Of a DNA stretch of 64,000 nt, positions 60,307-64,000 are shown in pieces. The DNA is from Podarcis bocagei (lineage: Eukaryota): assembly GCA_964188305.1 (NCBI GenBank), contig OZ076889.1. One strand, written 5' to 3'. Under the pieces are notes generated by a model. That model made no database searches. It was not told the origin of the DNA and was given only the letters and a program-made list of their open reading frames with translations. The position numbers and the translations under genes are program-made. Position 1 is the stretch's first letter, and each line of letters starts with the position of its first letter.

Positions 60307-61222
60307 GCCTAGGCTCTTTGTACCTGAAAGAGCAGCTGTTGTCTGCATATTTCCCTCCATTGCCTGAGCTAAAGAGTGGAAACGCTACTATGGCTTCCCT
60401 CTGTTTTTTTTCATAGCTGAGTTTGATGAAGCAATGTAGGTCTTGATGGTTCCACTGACTCTTAGAACTCTTTAGATCAGAGGTATCTATCCACCTCATA
60501 AGAATATCACATTCTTTTGGTTATTTGTCTAAGCTGACTGCTGAAAGAACTTTCCATGGTGTTGCCTAGCTGTATGGACTGTTCCTGTTGAGTTATTTTG
60601 TAGTTTCATTGCTGTTTGTGTGCTGTTTTTTTTGTTGGGCTTTTTATTGTACAAAGTTTTGTGAATTAAAGATTAGTTGCCCTCCTATTTTTTTTTATGG
60701 TAATAAATTATCATCTCCTGGACACAGATGGTAATATATGTATGGAGTAAGGAGGAATAGCCTACACCTTTTTAAAAGAAAGCTATAGAATGAAAAGGTG
60801 TAGGGTTCTGCCTGACTCAACACTTCCTGTCTTGGATAGCAGGTATTAAACTCAATTTTTTAAAAGATACCCCTGCTACATCAAGATATAATCTCATGTA
60901 ACGCCATGTGTATGACATAACAGGGCTCCTGGGCTGACTTGCCTCAAAGCGGCATGACTTGTCCTTATGAGATCTCTTATGATTCCCACAAGAATGCATA
61001 AGGGAACGTCATCTCAAAAGTTCAAACATTAATTGCAAAGTCAGGCAATCCTCCTTTTTTTCTGAAGCAGTTGAGTGGAACTTAAGCAAATCCCAGCTTT
61101 CAATGAGACTAGTAGCATTTATGATGAACTTCATAATACCCGTAATGTAGCTTCATAATCTAACTTGAGTGGCAGTTGTATGATGAATGGCTGCTATTTT
61201 CTCTTCCCTTCTTTTGTTACAG

Positions 61223-61443
61223 ACGGTATGGAACTCGTTGTTCTCGCTGCGGCAGGCATATCCATTCCACTGACTGGGTCCGAAGAGCTAAGGGAAATGT
61301 GTATCACCTGGCATGCTTTGCCTGCTTCTCCTGCAAAAGGCAGCTTTCCACAGGGGAGGAGTTTGCTTTGGTGGAAGAGAAAGTCCTCTGTAGGGTACAT
61401 TATGACTGCATGTTGGATAATCTGAAACGAGAAGTTGAAAATG
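61223..61443 (+). CDS. LHX8: LHX8 coding exon 5 (LIM2)
   Basis: Acceptor cttcttttgttacAG; [73 protein letters not shown]; donor ATG|GTAACT at 61444; 221 nt, phase 2/1. Confidence 0.97.
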
Positions 61444-61867
61444 GTAACTCTCCTTCTTGATGTTAGGTCCCTAGGCTGTATTCCTTTTTGTTTGTTTGTT
61501 TGTTTCATGTGGAGGGAAAACACACACACACCCCAGTTGATTCTGGAAACCAGATTAACTTGATCATTTGCTCCGTAACTAATGTATAAATATAGCATGC
61601 ATGCAATCGCACGAGAAGTTGGTCATCTGTAGTTTTCACTCTTGTCTAAGGAGCATTTTACCTCTCCTCCACTTTCCTCCAATGTTTTTAATCTGTGGCA
61701 TTGGCAAAGTAAAATTCTCCATGCCACACAGGCCACTTCAGATTGCTATAATTGCTTGTAGGTGGATGCTAGTGGTGCTATGTTTGCACTTCATTAAAAA
61801 AGGGGGGGCACCACTGTTGCTCCTGAAGTTTGCAGATTTTTCAAAGCATGGTATCCCAAGTCCATTA

Positions 61868-62109
61868 CAGTGGTACCTTGGGTTACATACGCTTCAGGTT
61901 AAATATGCTTCAGGTTACAGACTCCACTAACCCAGAAATATTACCTCGGGTTAAGAATTTTGCTTCAGGATGAGAACAGAAATTGTGCAGTGGCAGCGTG
62001 GCAGCAGGAGGAGGCCCCATTAGCTAAAGTGGTGCTTCAGGTTAAGAACAGTTTCAGGTTAAGAACGGACCTCCGGAACGAATTAAGTACGTAACCAGAG
62101 GTACCACTG
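61868..62109. mobile_element. Tc1/mariner MITE, copy 3, LHX8 intron 5
   Basis: TA|CAGTGGTACCT...AGGTACCACTG|TA; colinear with 190-420. Confidence 0.9.
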
Positions 62110-63025
62110 TACATGTTTGTCCTTCCCAAGCAATGTAGTTCCATTTGATCCACAGTTGCGAAGAAGTGGTGTAGTAAACATTTCTCATTGGGCGGATAGA
62201 GTTACATTGTCATTCAAACCCCCTTTGTGACAGGTTTAGGGGTGGGAGTTGGATTGTCTATAGTTTTCCCATACTCTCCTCAGAACCATCCCTCCCACTC
62301 AATGTGCTAGTTGGAGGAAGGGGCCAGCAGCAAGATTTCTGTTGGTGGCAGACTGTGGAGAGTTCCATAATGGAGTGTTACAGAGTTGGGGAAGGGCTGG
62401 GTTCACCCTGGATCTGCTGGACCCTGAGCCAACTCCTCTACCCTCACATGATGGCCCAATTGATGCACCAGCTCTGCCATAGTAACTTTCATGCTCCCCC
62501 TTCCCATTCCACACCAGCCAGTGTGAATGGCAAGGCTTTGCTGGTGACTCTGCTTCTCCTTTTAAGCTCTGCTGCTCCCCACTTGGGATTTGGATTGTAG
62601 TTTAAATGATCTGAAGTTAGCCCTTGACAAGAACTATAAGGAGCTTGATTTTTTTAAATGTCCATAGCATTTAGCATTCTTTCTCTCTACTCGATTCAGA
62701 ATAAAACTGGTTTTTAATCAAGGCCATGTCATATTCCTGTTTGGTGGTTCATGGATTCTCTTCCTATACCTCCCCCCCAAAAAAATAAAAATGAAGGCCT
62801 GCGCTTGCAGCCAGGACCCTGATCTGAAACATGCTTAAAAAAATGGAATACCAAATCTGGTACAAACTCAAGATAATGATGTAGAGTTGCAAAATAATGA
62901 AAAATTGATAATTCCATATTCAAGTATATCCTTAATACAAGAAGTCTATTCTAGCGTAATGTCTGTAACTAATGACTGGTGTTGGTACTGTCAAAACTTC
63001 GACTTTGTCTTCTTTTTAATTTCAG

Positions 63026-63129
63026 GTAATGGTATCAGTATGGAAGGTGCATTGCTAACAGAACAAGACATTAATCACCCAAAACCAGCAAAACGGGCGC
63101 GGACCAGTTTCACAGCAGATCAGCTTCAG
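63026..63129 (+). CDS. LHX8: LHX8 coding exon 6 (linker and homeodomain start)
   Basis: Acceptor tctttttaatttcAG; [35 protein letters not shown]; donor CAG|GTAGAG at 63130; 104 nt, phase 1/0. Confidence 0.96.
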
Positions 63130-64000
63130 GTAGAGCCCTGGCATGGTGCAATGCCTCTAATGAAAGACAGCTGTGGGTTGTTGGTGTGGGGTGGGAGGGG
63201 GGAGGATAATGACTTTATGCTCTGCATCACTTAATAATTATATTAAATATAGCTGGTTATGAAGAAATTCTCTCCACTGCAGATATTTCTCCTGGTGTCA
63301 AGGGCACAGCATGTTTCTGGAATATTCTTGCAAGTGTTAGCTGTTGTTCCATGTGAAATAGTTACTCTTCAGCGTTTCTGTTTCCCAGAAGGCAGCTGGT
63401 AATTCTGTAAAGTGGAAATGTAAATGCTGATCTGTTTTGACTACTTGATGAAATTCATTAAACCAGACATTTCCATCACTACACATAATTATAATAGGAG
63501 ACTAAATAGTTTCAATTCTGTGTAACATGAAGAGAAGTACTAGAAAATGTGCAGAATATAACTTTACAGGAAACAGATATTTTCAGTGTCTTGCATTTCA
63601 CCATAGCCGCCAAACCCAAGTGGCAATCAAAACCATGGCTTTTCAGCACAGGCATCACTGTCATGTTCAGATAAGCAGAGGCTGAAGCTTAGCAATGGTG
63701 GGGTCAGTATGAACTTTGCAAAACCGATGTCTTTGTGCTCTGGGGGGGGGGGGGATTGCATTGCAACAATGTCAATAGAAAAGGAACATGTCACATTCTC
63801 CTATGCTACCCCTGAGTTCCGTTAACTACTTTTATTCTGTGGTAGATAAACTTGCAGTTCCTTATCACAACCACTCTAGCACCTGCCTATTTCCACTTTC
63901 TGCTTTATAATTCATTCTTGTCCAGTAGCTTAGTACCATTGCTCCCAAATAAGCATAAATAAATCCAATGCTCATTGAATCTTAAGTTGCCCCTTTTAAG

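Larger units (their letters stand above)
47927..63129 (+). other. LHX8: LHX8 (LIM homeobox 8) gene, 5' part: six coding exons, 268 aa assembled; continues beyond the window
   Basis: Spliced translation MYWKSNQMFVCK...MAEECGR...[135 protein letters not shown]...[17 protein letters not shown] matches LHX8 as I recall it (two LIM domains plus homeodomain N-terminal arm). All introns are GT-AG with consistent phases (0,0,0,2,1,0). Confidence 0.97.

Noticed and set aside
47927-63129. Calling the gene LHX6
   Set aside because: Diagnostic residues ([49 protein letters not shown]) match LHX8 as recalled, not LHX6.
63130-64000. LHX8 exon 7 (homeodomain VMQAQF...)
   Set aside because: No matching peptide or acceptor found; it must lie beyond the window.

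Overview
Vertebrate genomic DNA, not prokaryotic. The repeat complement (Sauria SINE, Squam3/MIR-like SINEs, CR1, L2, RTE, hAT and Tc1/mariner MITEs) points to a squamate, probably a lacertid lizard (inference). The only protein-coding gene I can support is LHX8 on the + strand: six coding exons (47927-48007, 50837-50944, 51501-51668, 57471-57592, 61223-61443, 63026-63129), all introns GT-AG and phase-compatible, 804 nt = 268 aa, covering the N-terminus, both LIM domains and the start of the homeodomain. The gene runs off the right edge. The first ~47 kb is gene-free upstream sequence with many transposon relics, several repeat-free homeodomain-motif-rich blocks (candidate enhancers) and a chain of CpG-rich islands (~31.7-34.1 kb, ~41-52 kb). 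The remaining six-frame ORFs are LINE remnants, SINE/microsatellite read-throughs or chance ORFs. The most interesting observation is a ~680-bp retroelement-like unit at 24631-25312 with CCAAT, TATA, AATAAA and a GT-rich downstream element, enclosing a predicted ENE-like U-rich internal loop (a poly(A)-protecting triple-helix motif). Others are Tc1/mariner MITEs carrying different long-hairpin cassettes, LHX8 exon junctions that regenerate 5' splice sites, and a possible uORF or alternative in-frame first exon. Family names are from recognition, not database searches, and repeat boundaries are approximate unless TIRs/TSDs are quoted.
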